This document shows positions 50,952 through 62,473 of a DNA stretch of 64,000 bases, one piece after another. The stretch lies in the NCBI GenBank assembly GCA_001949185.1, contig BDGG01000011.1, positions 889,552 to 953,551 of the forward strand. The letters are read 5' to 3'. Made by a program: the position numbers and the translations under genes. The stretch comes from Ramazzottius varieornatus (lineage: Eukaryota; Animalia; Tardigrada). Below the pieces are notes generated by a model. It had not been told where the DNA came from, ran no database searches, and saw only the letters and a program-made list of their open reading frames with translations. Each line of letters opens with the position of its first letter. Position 1 is the stretch's first letter.

Positions 50952-51485
50952 CTGCAGACGACTCCTTCCCGGAAATCAAACCAGATTTATGGTCGAAGAT
51001 GCGATATTTAAGAGGATATATGCACATATGCACATATGCATATTGGGCGTTGGCGAGAAACGTACCTGTGTCCTTAAGATTATGTAACGCTTTGAAGATT
51101 TGCCTACAGAATATTGCGGGGAATTGGCCATTATTTCTGCTGACATCGGAGTATTATGATTTGTCGTGGAGGTAAGAGTACGAGAACTTGAAATTTAGCG
51201 GAATCAGATTGAGGAAGTGGAGTGTAATCAGCTAAGCTGAACACAGGCTTTATCTGAAGTCTAAACTGCTTCGTTAGTGGAATACTTATGGATTCCATCT
51301 GCACGACGAGGACTCCCATGCTTATCAAAAACGCATTGTATTGTGGGACACCACTGCACGTTCTGCCAAAGAGCTATAGCGCACCGTGCTTGAATGATTG
51401 ATTTCACTATTCCTGGGATGCTGGCTATGTTAGTTAATTATGGTCGATCGGGTCTAGCCAACTAATAACTTTATCGTAGTGACTC

Positions 51486-52012
51486 GGTGCACGAACTTTC
51501 CCGAACTTTTCTGCGTGCACGAACTATCACACGAACACTTACTCCGTACACGAACTCTGACACGAACTTTGTCTCCGGGTACGAATCGCTTGGTCCACTT
51601 GCTGCTACAGTTTTGAACTTGTCTATAGATGCTAAACATCAAATTCCTGATATAGATTTTCGAGAAGCTGTTTGCCTCGTCAATCTATCTCTCCGAACAT
51701 GGAAAAGGGTTACAATTTTGCTTCGTATGTCGACGTACGAAGAGTATCCATCAGCCTTGCAGTAAGAAGGAGCAATTTGCCGCAGAACCCGAAGCACGAA
51801 ACAATGGGCGAGCCTCTTCACAAACTCGTACGCCTTCGTACCTTCCTTCAGTGATACGAATAAAATCTGAATGGCAGAATTTCGCTTTCTGAAACCAACG
51901 GAGCGTCTTCGTTGCTTGTAGAAACTCAAGGTCGTATCCAAGTCGTGCACGGAGTAAAATGTCCTAAGAAAGTTCGCGCACTGAAACAGAAGTTCGTGAA
52001 GTTCGTGCACGG
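51486..52012. mobile_element. MITE with short TIRs and multiple subterminal CACGAAC(T) repeats
   Basis: gtgcacgaactttcccgaactt... at the left end, ...aagttcgtgaagttcgtgcac at the right end; cacgaac is reiterated at 51489-51570. Confidence 0.7.
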
Positions 52013-52209
52013 AGCCTCGACTTAACTTTATAGTAAAGTACGCCCAAAAAGATGGAAAGCGTTAAAGATTACATGGGCGACGGCGTGACCTTCGCCATAT
52101 ACGTTTCGAAAGAAGGAACAAACCACTTGTAGCTCAAACATTCAACTAGCGGTTCAAAAGCCTCACACAACGTCAGGTGTAACAGAGCACGCCTTACAAC
52201 GCGGAAGCA

Positions 52210-52713
52210 TTATTTGCAAAGGATGTACTTGTGAGTATGGTCGAAAAAGTAGGACCACACGCGACGCATGACGCATCCTGGGGGGCCGTTCAGCTTCCAG
52301 TCCAGATCGTTCGTCCCGGGAACGTACCATCCCGACCACTGTCCGTTGAACCACTGGATCTGGTAGGCAGCGATCTTTCCACCCAGCTTCATGGCGTCCA
52401 CGGTCAGGCTCAGCCCGGCTTTCCAGTCGGCATCCCCGTTGGCGTTTTCTGTCATTTCGGTGCAGCTGGACTGCGAAGTCAGGTCGTAAATAACGCACTC
52501 TTGGCTGTTGCATCCTCCGGGTGGAGCGGCGAATCCCGACGTCTGGCACTTGGTGCAGCTGTCCGGCTTACGAGGTGGTAAAGGGTACTTTTCTAGGTCG
52601 TCCGGACGAATAAAATCCTGCGCTACTCCAATATATGGAGACTCATCCTCGGCGTCGACGAGGGCGAGAATGGCCAGAACGGCGTAGGCCATCAACAAAC
52701 CTACGCTCTTCAT
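52210..52713 (-). CDS. Small secreted protein consisting mainly of the AMNP/g12777-like domain (167 aa)
   Basis: Signal peptide MKSVGLLMAYAVLAILALVDA (ATG at 52713, preceded by a 5'UTR acceptor). YQIQWFNGQWSGWYVPGTNDLD...MRRVWSYFFDHTHKYILCK is clearly paralogous to the C-terminus of 49342-50862. Confidence 0.85.
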   Translation of the reverse strand: MKSVGLLMAYAVLAILALVDAEDESPYIGVAQDFIRPDDLEKYPLPPRKPDSCTKCQTSGFAAPPGGCNSQECVIYDLTSQSSCTEMTENANGDADWKAGLSLTVDAMKLGGKIAAYQIQWFNGQWSGWYVPGTNDLDWKLNGPPGCVMRRVWSYFFDHTHKYILCK

Positions 52714-54424
52714 GTTGTGGGGCGGAATGAAACTTGCCTGAAAACCAAGGTACGGTAGAAAGGAAAACACAGCTCGAGGTCTCTGCAGAACCTTGTCGAG
52801 AACTGCGGGTGCTTTTGAACTGGAAGGTTTCAATGCGGTGGCCAAAATTCTGCGTGTAAAACTGTACTTTAGATTAATTTTAATACCTTTTAATGTCTGA
52901 GAAACGTTCCGGAAAGGCTTTACCTCGTGTAAAACGACCGAATTCTTCAACAAGTACGTCACATCTTTCTCGGTATGGAAAATCCCTCATCGATGTTATG
53001 CTGCAGGACAATAAAATGGCTGTTATTGCATCAGTTGCCGACGGGCACGGGCTCTGCACGAATTTCTTGTTCGTGGAAATGGCGCCATAATTGATAAGAG
53101 GAAGGAAAGTTAATGGTTGAAACCAACGACTGTCTTTTCATTTTATTCCATCCTGGCACCATCCAGGTTCGTAAAGTGGGAGTAAGATTAGTCAGCGGAT
53201 CTTCTCGCATTTGTTCGGTGTTGACACGGATCCCAGCACGGACGCAGACCTTCTCTGCTTTGGAGAACTGAGCACTTGAGACCCTAAAAAAAAGAAAGAA
53301 GGCATACGTTTGACCAGCTTGCGCGCCAATAGTACCATCAGCAAAACTACCATCAACTCGTACTGCAACGAACCATGAGGTGTTGGATTTGGTCGGTAAG
53401 CATAGAACAGCAAGCGCGAACCACAGCTGTGAGGAGACCAACAGGATCAGAACGAGGGCGATCCCGTTATGATCAACACAGCCTGCCGGCCACAACACGA
53501 CAAGCTGTGTTCAACTTGCATAATTCTGGGTTTTGAGGATAACGAAAATTTATTTGATGCACAAATACTGTAGCAAGTATTTTCGGCATGGAGATGTTTT
53601 TAACATCGTTTTTTGTGCAGTACCTGCAATACTGCAAGATTTCTAAGGTTACAGAAGATTTACGCGCGAGATCTATTGTCCTGCCACTCCTGCGCTTCTG
53701 CTCCAAGGTTCTGAGAGTCTCCTTAGTTTCTGGCAAGAAGACAGCAGGGTATTTTTAGTATCATCTTCGAAAGCGATCCTCGTAGACGCCGATTTAGCGT
53801 GGCTCTCTTACATGAAAGACAAAGCTTTGTGTGTGAGCGGCGCAAATCTTTCCATACGGTGCACAGAGAGTTTTGATACATAACCGTATGCAGGAGACAT
53901 CCAATTAACCTTTACGGTTGCTCCTGGTTGGCAAGGAAGGTGTGTCGCAGATGGACAAAGGGAATCCTCGGAAACGACGGCTTTCAAAAGAAAAGCTTTG
54001 TGGCTTATTCAGCATTCTCCTGTGATACGCAGGTTCTTTGTGCCCAGCTTCCTTCTGCTTGCATTTAGGTATAGTACAGTGGCTGCCGCGACCGGGAGGC
54101 GATGGTGGTGGACATACTGTACATTTTTCATACGTCATTGCCTTCACTGCGAACCTTTCAAACTTGAATGTCTAACCGGGACTCAACCGCACAGTTGATA
54201 AAAACGTCGACGCACAGAGCGTATACTCGTTGCTGCAGTTTGGTAGGCAGGATATTAACGTCATCAGACAAAAACAACACGAACGGTCTAAACTGACATC
54301 AGAAATACATACGGGAAAGTTTAAAATTCTCTCTGTCATGAGCGAAAGTCAGACCGAAAGAAGAGGAGAGAGAAAGGAAGAGAGCAAAAAGTGTATTGCG
54401 GCAAGTCCGAATGTGTACATTCGA

Positions 54425-56848
54425 TCAGATCATGGTCCAGTAGGGCCAGTCCAGACTGGAGACGTTCAGATCACTCAGAGTTCCATTCTTAAGGAGAGCC
54501 ACCAAGCGGCAAATGTTGGAGGAGTAGGTGCAGACGACAAAGTCCGCCATAGCTGCCAGGTAGATATTAATTACCATCTCCTTGGCGCTTTGCAGACGAT
54601 CTGCTGCCGGCAAGGAGTTAAAGCCTTTCTGATCGCGGAATACGACGGATGAGGAATTGAACCAGGGAGCGAGCTGAGCCTTCTCCACTTCCCGACGAAA
54701 ATTCGTCACCTGCAAAACATCAAACCTTTTTTATTAATTTTAGAGTTTTTATTTACTGTTATTATGATTGTCTTATCTGGTGAGATGTATGTTTACCTGA
54801 AAACAGTCCTGAGCCATTTTCTCAAATTGCCGGCACACTTCCGGATCGTCGCAAGAAACGAAGACTGTTCTTGAGCACTGTCCAGTGTTAGTGTGACACA
54901 CTCTTCTCAGAGTTCGGACATAAAACAGTAGTGGGAAATCTGGTGTTTCACGCATGGCTACCTTATCGCCGCGACGAATGTGTACCGCCAAATAGCCACC
55001 ACTAAAAGAGAGATCATTCTGACCCGAAAGTTTTCTGGATTTTGGTTTTGGGGATTTCTAAATGAGGTACCTTTCAGTAAGCTGCGTCCATACTTGTTTC
55101 ACCACTGCAAATAATTCGGGTTGAAGATCGAGTAACGCTCTGGCGAGGATGCTTTTTCTTCTAAAAGTTTCATCTCTTCCCTTCGCATCTTCGTACTTGT
55201 CCCTGATATCGAAGAAGAAGTCTATGTAGTGTTCACTGTTCAGTTCCCTCAGCACATCTTTCCCTCCAGTCAACTCCGCTTCTCCATTCCGACCAATTTG
55301 CAGCTGAAACGTCTCGAACGTCTGCAAAAAAATCAAAAAAACAATGTTATAGCATTTGTTTTACTGAACAGAAGACATGGGAGCTCAGCAAAGGGTTCGG
55401 CAAGACAGTTTTCCCAAGTGGCGCACTTTGTCAGTATTATTTGCGAGGAACGTGCGCCACCTGGGAACCCGAAGGAGTGACTACCCAGTGGCGCACGCCT
55501 CCAGTGCTGTTGGCTGAAGGACTGCGCCACTCAGGAAAACGATCTAGTCAAATCTTTTTGCCCAGCTTCCGAGTTTCACCTGGTTCACTGGGGTCCATTC
55601 AGCAACGTCCACCGTCCGGACGATTTGGCATGGAGAATCTGTTGTAAAGTCGCGAAAGAGTGCGGACCAGCTGACGTAATTCCACTGATATACATACAAG
55701 CGAAAGGTGCGTGATGTGAGCGAAGCATTGGAAAGGAGAAAGACTGTCAAGGCGAAATTGACATTGGAAGCGAGGCCGGTGCCGGGACTCTCCAGACGAC
55801 CGGAAGATATCACCGCAGCAGCGCAATAAGCGTTCTGTGAACAGGTCCTCAAGTATGCATTCTTGAAGTCTAAAACCTGAAAACACAAGAACCCGTTCCA
55901 CGGAAGATTCTCCACAAAACTATTCATGCATGCATGTCGTGCCGCGCGCGCGCCCCTTTCACGCGGTAACGACGCAACCGTGCATACATCTGAGAAAGTA
56001 ATAGATGTATGCACGTGCGCGTCGCAACGAAACCTCGAAATTGGGCCTGAAAATCAGAAAAAAATTATTCACGGTAAAACCCAATAATTTTATCATCAGC
56101 GGCTCCCGGGATCCTAGTCTACCTATGGACAGACAAGTGAATGACATAATTTGTTTGTATAGTCCGGAAATAATTCCGTGTACGCAGCAGACTGTTTGTC
56201 TAGCTTCGCCCTTGACACCTTTGCCCACTCAACCTGCATTGATTTTGCTCTCAGTTTACAATTGTCTGGGGTGAAATCACTTCAGCTGTCTCCGGTGACG
56301 ACAGACAACGTCGATGATGTCTACGGAATGCATCAACAGTGGATATATTTGAGAGAGAAGGTCACGGGACGTACCTCGGCTGCCTGGAAGTGCGCAGCCC
56401 ATTCTTGCTCGAAATTTCTGGCAGGTGTGTCCGTTGGACGAAAGACTATCTTCGAGCATGCCATACTGCCCGGAACCCACCACATATCCACTGCAAGGCA
56501 TTTTAGCACTAATCCGTAAGAGTCGGAGCCAGAGTATTGAAGTGTGAGATGGATCCAGAGCCAGAGAAAGAAACCTGGAAGACACAGCATTAAAAAAATC
56601 GAAATCAAACGCGAAATCCAATGAAAGAGAACGAACACGTGACTTCTACCGTACAGTCCACGGTATCTTGTCACGTGGTCACACAACCGAACTTGAATCA
56701 CTGAGAATGACTGATTGAACTTGTTGATTGGGCCGACTAGCATACCAACGATAACAACACGAAGAATAATTCCTTTCACCGTCCAAACCGGCGCAGATAA
56801 GAGTCGGATGTTTGACCGCGATCCTGAAGATCCTGGAGCATACCGCAT
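54425..56848 (-). CDS. Alpha-(1,6)-fucosyltransferase-like (GT23) type II membrane protein, without SH3 domain; multi-exon
   Basis: Spliced anchor GIILRVVIVG|FFLWLWIHL. GTGLASNV, then motif I YLAVHIRRGDK, motif II VFVSCDD, motif III DFVVCTYSSNICRL. Stop at 54425. Confidence 0.85.
55379..55570. repeat. Fixed-spacer palindromic element, 2 units (192 bp; fills most of a FUT8-like intron)
   Basis: Cores at 55418 and 55488, both 27 nt; outer arms gggagctcagcaaag / tttttgcccagcttcc. Confidence 0.9.
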
Positions 56849-57227
56849 AATGTGTTGGGATCGTTGGTAACGTTCCCAGTGAACCTTTGCTCCTCACAGC
56901 AGACGTTGTAAAACGGATGATATCAAACCTTGATGATATCTTCAGCGCCTTCCAGATACTCTTCGGGTTGATTCCGTCCCAAGCAGCGTTACGGTACACT
57001 CACAGTCACAGAGCTACATCGTAGTCAGATTTATCCATCCCGGACCATCCCTCACTGATAAGGGGAACGTAAAAGCAGTTGCTTCCGGCGGAGTGCGGTG
57101 CATGACATAAAAGAGAATGTGCATAGGGCGGACCAATACGGAGTTCAGACCGCCTTCGCTCCAATCACATATTGTGTTAACAATAATTTGACCACTGGCC
57201 ATGAGGGCAGCCTTCTATCTCAACTTG

Positions 57228-57346
57228 TACTGTATACTCTCCCGAAATTCACGTACGTCACTCCATTCAGAGTGTAAAACTAGACGGTAAGACCCCAATG
57301 ATTTGAGAGTCAGTGACGTACATGAATTTCGGGAGAGCATACAGTA
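57228..57346. repeat. 119 bp mini inverted-repeat element (35 bp arms, TA ends)
   Basis: tactgtatactctcccgaaattcacgtacgtcact vs agtgacgtacatgaatttcgggagagcatacagta, 2 mismatches. Confidence 0.8.
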
Positions 57347-58187
57347 GCTTAATCGTTGAATGGACGGCAGCAAGGAAACTTCTGAACCGGATCTGCGTTT
57401 GGAAATTTCTTCTTTTTATACAGTAATCGGCCTCTCCTCGAATTGTCTTTCTTTCTTGTAATCCCTCGGGAGGTGGGCGATTAACGCTGCGCCATCTGTA
57501 TTCCAGAACGAAGATTTCCTACTGCGGTCTGCTGGAAGGTAGCTGCAGCAATCCTGATAACACGACTCTGCAGCAAGCTTGCGATTTTCTCTTACGCGAA
57601 GTATTTAGGTATTTCACCACATTGCAACATTTCGTTCTTCCTGTTCAGAGTCAGTTTTCTAAATTCATGCTGAGGTATAGACGATCGAATCGTTTTTATT
57701 TCTAGCGATGTTGGTGTATCATCACTCGAATGCTGGAACAGTCATTACAGCGAAGAGCGAACCGTAGCGTACTGAGAGGATCCTTTTTATAAGTTTCGTT
57801 CAACTGTGCGCGAACCTCGCGCGAGCTTTGCCAGGAAGTAACTGTAAAAAGTAAGTGAATCAACCTGCGTGGACAACATCAGCAGCTGGTTACAAAACTA
57901 CCACTGTTCAGAACCGTACCAGCAGGGTTCGACGTCGTCAAGTTGATTGGCCGTATCAAGTGGCCGACTTGGCTCAGTCTTTTCCATAACTTGGGTTGCT
58001 TGAGCAGTACAATAGTGTCTTACAAGGTCGGCTTGTGTGCAAAAGAACAAGACTGTCTTCAGCCAATAAATAAAGAAGAAAAGTTGCTAATCAGACCGTG
58101 ATTTCAACTTTGAAACCATTTTATCGCCGGTATTACCGTAGAAGGAACAGGTATCACAGAAAAATTCAGCGCTACCGCCTGTCGAAG

Positions 58188-60609
58188 TTAAGCCGGTGGC
58201 GCGCACTGGGTGAAGACTTTGTAATGGAGGATGCTGATACCGCCAGCAGAGTCAACTGCCGCAACGTACACATTCTCTTCCACGGCACCCAATGTTCCTT
58301 GATAAGGAAACTGTCCTTGTATGCCGAGGACGGCGTTGGGGTTGTTATTTGTGGCGATAACGATCACCCCATCGGACGTAACGCTACAAGAAGAACCAGA
58401 TATTTTGCTTTCTACAGTATATGACAGTATATATTTGGAGCCTGATTGTACCTGTAAGCCCTGTCGAAACTCACGTCGGCGAAGGGCGCGTTAATATAGT
58501 AGGAAATCCTTCCTCCTTCCGGGTCTACCGCCTGTGTATTGAAGTTTACGTTACGCCCATATTAGAGAAAGTCGAGTGTCAGTTCTGAACTGTAGTGTCG
58601 TACCGTAACGAAACCGAGAGGGCTAGGTAGGTAGGTGGCAGCACCCAGTATATCATTAGAGTCCTTGCAGTTCACAAAGATCCCAGGGTTTCGATTGTTA
58701 CCTGTCGGAAACACCGTTCAATGCAACTTTGCGATTGCAGTGTGGTATAGGAGCGTGTTATGAGAGTGGTACCCAAAGTAACGGTAAAAACGTCACCAGG
58801 TGGCGTCAGATAAGTAACAGGCTGGAAGATGGGTGACGGTGGAGTGAAAAGCGGTGGTCCGCCAGTACTGGACACAAAGTTGGGCAGACAGTTGATGGTA
58901 ATGGTCAGGATGGTCGAACCCTGCAGAGCTCCGGCCATGGCTATCAGGGTGAACTGGCCGTTGACGAAGCCTCTACTGGGTATTTGCGTCAGGAGGATAC
59001 GCGCAGCGGGCAACACGGTGCCAAGTATGGTTCCAGTGGAGCTTATGACTGACAGGTAAGATACCGAGGGGATCAGCTGGAAACGGAAGTTAACACCGGG
59101 CGCGTTCGATATCTAGAAGAAAGAACCGTTGAAAGACGAGCACAATCCATAGAAAGGGTGTCCGTACCGTGACATCTCCGATGACGACAGGGGAAGGTAG
59201 GCTGGATGAACTGATCAACGGTGGACAGTACAGGTGTTTGGAAAAAGAAGTGGGCGGGTTAAACAGAACGCTGCCGCTGGCCGCATACGCTACGCTGACA
59301 GAAATATGGTAAGCTTGAGTTTAGCTGAGCTTATATCACAACACGCTTTCGAAAGCAACTTACGATCGGAACATGGTGCGTTACATCTGTACATCATATT
59401 TATCCTAAAATGCCAGGCAAGACGGTAAATGCGCTATTTTGGGGAAACCTTGAGTACCTCAAGCATGGCGGTAGGAAATGTGCTTACAGAAGACAGTCGG
59501 TCCTTGACAAACGAGGAAGGTTTCCAATGACGTTCGACCCAACTGATATCAGAACAAGAGCATAAGAACGTCGGTCGAGAGGGAGTTCACAAAGAAAAGA
59601 ACTCACCGGGTATGAAGACCGGACGATTCCGCGACTTGGCGAATTGTTCACCGGACACCAATGTCACCGACTTGTAGTCGAAAGTACTAGCAATGGTAGC
59701 GATGGAATTATTGGCGTACGCTGCGAAGAGGTTGTATTTTTGTAGTGAGGGCGCCACCAACATGTTGGGGACAGCGGACTGGAACAGCAAGAAATTGTTG
59801 CGGTCCTGACGGTTGTGTTCGTTACGGATGCCCAGCAGGTTCATGAGTATGCGCATGGTGTCTCGTTGCGTGTCCAGACAGGCTCCCGGTAGTGCTCCTG
59901 CGCGACTTTGCTCTCCCACATCCGTCACCGCGCCTGGGTATGATTTTGAGCCGAAGATGACCGCCACTTGACCGAATCCGTTGTTGCGAATCAACCCTAT
60001 CATGTATAACCTCAAAATACTGTATTTCTCCTGGTTCGCTTAAAGTTTACCTGGAAATGTGTAGCAGGTTTCGATCACGCTGCAAGAGACAGGTTGATGG
60101 GTGGGAGGCTCGTCAGACACGTCTGAGTTTCTCAAGTAATTTTAGCATGATTTTGTTTGGCAATTATTAAGTACTGTACGACTCAATGGCCGAGACAAAC
60201 GTACCCAGCTGTCAGACGATTGCGAAAGACGATAAAATCACTGTTCCGGTCGGTGGCGTTGGAGAAGGGCTGAAATCGGATGCATCCACCGGTGTCGGAA
60301 CTTATTTGGTTCATGGCCGCATTGAGGGTAGAAATATCCTGATTATCTATCCAAAAAACAAAATAGAAGGTTGCTCAACACCACAATACATACATTTGCA
60401 CATGCAAGAATCAGTACATCCCAAAAAAACTTACTAAAGTGGTTGGCTTGTAGTTGATAAGGTATTCGGGAAGGATTAGGCCACAGAGTGAAGCGCTGGT
60501 CGGATCCCAGCACGGCGCCTTTTACCAGTGTCGGTAAGACGGACAAAATGACCAGCGCCAGGAAATGGATCTTGTCAGAGCACCACCTGTCATGGTTGGA
60601 TCGTTCCAT
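58188..60609 (-). CDS. Secreted astacin-like pseudo-metalloprotease with C-terminal beta-rich (cadherin/Ig-like) modules; multi-exon
   Basis: Signal peptide; LWPNPSRIPY, AAMNQI...GCIRF, RILMNLLGIRNEHNRQDRN, FDYKSVTLV. C-terminal AVDPEGGRISYYI and VAAVDSAGG. Stop at 58188-90. Confidence 0.8.
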
Positions 60610-61905
60610 TCTTCCAACTCCGGTTAAAAGCAAATCCGTCTTTACTGCCGTGGTCTAAAAAGAAATACGAACCGGGATTTCACAAACATTCGCAAAATAG
60701 CGAACATTTCGGTTCTCGGATATATACTGTCATACATTAACCGATGAAAATCGTGATACGAATATTCACAGTAAAAACGTTTCTGTCAGTTTACGGTGCC
60801 ATCAGCCTGATCCTGGTGTTTGCCTGCCCGACTCGGTCAAACAGGCTCGTTAATATTCAGTGGCACCGGCAACTAGCAATTATGACAGTCAAACTAATCG
60901 GTATCACCGGCACAAGCGATAAAGAGCCGTCATCGTGAAGGCGCGCATGCAAATGAGAGATACACATCAGACAGAGGACAGACCTGTTGGCTGCATTGGG
61001 AGTACTCGTCTGCAAACATGGCCGCTGTCCGTTAACCGCACATCTTTTTCGGGATTTCTAAACTTGAACTTGGCCCTCCGCGCTATTCAGCTTGCTTGTC
61101 GGGTCGGCAGACTCTCTCATACCGATAACTGAACTCGATGGGAAATCACAAAGCAAACTAGTCAACAGGTGCAGACTTGGTCAATCAAACGCACAATGTC
61201 GATGTTGTCGAAGACCCCATATCTCGTGGCTCGCCTAACATTTCGAAGACTCTTCTGTGTGAAAGACTTAGGACCGAAATGAGTAAACTACGATTTTGTT
61301 TCGGTACCAATAACGAGATTCTAGAAACGAGGCTGGCCTGATTTTACGGGTATATATACTCAGAAAACTGGTAAACTGCGTGCTTCCGTTTCCAGTTCGT
61401 CGCAATCTGTGTCGCCTATACCGCTAAAGGGAGACCTAGTTTTATCGAAGAGGACTGGCACCGTTCGTGTGAGAGTATCCTGTCCAATACTGTAAATCGA
61501 AATACCGTGATTGAATCTGAAGCAAGTAACGCCATTTTGTCTCCTGGATATTCAGATACGAAAAAATCACATGGCTTTCCATGAATAGCGACAAGTTTCC
61601 TGAGCTTCAGTCATAATCCAGGTAGCAGAGCGTTTCCTTCAGATTGCCTCCTGTCAGGCCTATTTGCGAATCAATCGAAGTGGTCGGGCCGGTACGAAAA
61701 AGTCCCACGTTCTTTTGTCGTTCCACATTATGAAGTTCCAAACGCAATCTGGTATCACCACGTTTTACAAGTCGAAACTCTGTACATTGGCCAGTCCATG
61801 CTTCGATACTTGCTGGAGTCAAAAGTTCCATGGGCGAACTCAGGGACTGTTGTTTCTTGTTCCAAACGACACGGAAAGATATTAGACCAGACTGCGTTGC
61901 CGTTG

Positions 61906-62080
61906 CCGGTGCGGTACGTTATCTCCTAGCTCCAACTCCTCCTAAGCGTGGCTCCGAAGAACCTCGAACCCGAAGAACGCTTTTCGCTAACAGCTTCGCA
62001 CCCGAACAGCACATGCCCCCTGAAATATGTCCTTTATTCTCGAAGAACTACGGCTCCGAACAGCTTCGACCCCCAACAGT
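61906..62080 (+). repeat. Arm of the 16-bp-periodic repeat family
   Basis: ccgaagaac-N7-ccgaagaac-N7-gctaacagc-N7-ccgaacagc ... tcgaagaac-N7-ccgaacagc-N7-cccaacagt. Confidence 0.7.
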
Positions 62081-62473
62081 CACGAACCCTATTAACTTCA
62101 GCCCGATGGTCACTCTGCCCTAGAAGAATTTTCTCCGTAAACAAATTTGAAATTTCCGTGACAATCTGTTGTATTGTTTGGACTATGGACTTGCCCTCCT
62201 GGCCCTTCCTGAGTAGTCCAACGATGAACCGGCGAAAGTGTTTCTCGAAGCTCGAACCGGGAGAGAGAACGTTTTCCCGAAGTGGGCTGCTGTTAAGCGA
62301 AGCACTTCGTACTGAATAACTTGAGCGGCAAACCGTTGGTTCGATCAAATCGATGCATGTCATTTCTCACAGCATCATTCTCATTCGCGCTTTTCTTTCT
62401 AGTTGTGGTCCTTTGATAACTATACAAAATTACCCTACCGGCTGACCTGATTATTTTCAGTTACATTTAGCTT

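Noticed and set aside
52714-52962. N-terminal extension of the 250 aa ORF
   Set aside because: Non-ATG start; the signal peptide begins at ATG 52713 after a splice acceptor, so the extension is UTR or intron.
53031-53498. Hydrophobic 155 aa ORF, possible GPCR fragment
   Set aside because: No diagnostic motifs or supportable exon structure.
23379-55570. CRISPR array interpretation of the constant repeat / 27 nt variable spacer pattern
   Set aside because: Only 1-2 units per locus, arms are inverted, spacers are diverged copies of one consensus, the context is eukaryotic introns and there are no cas genes.
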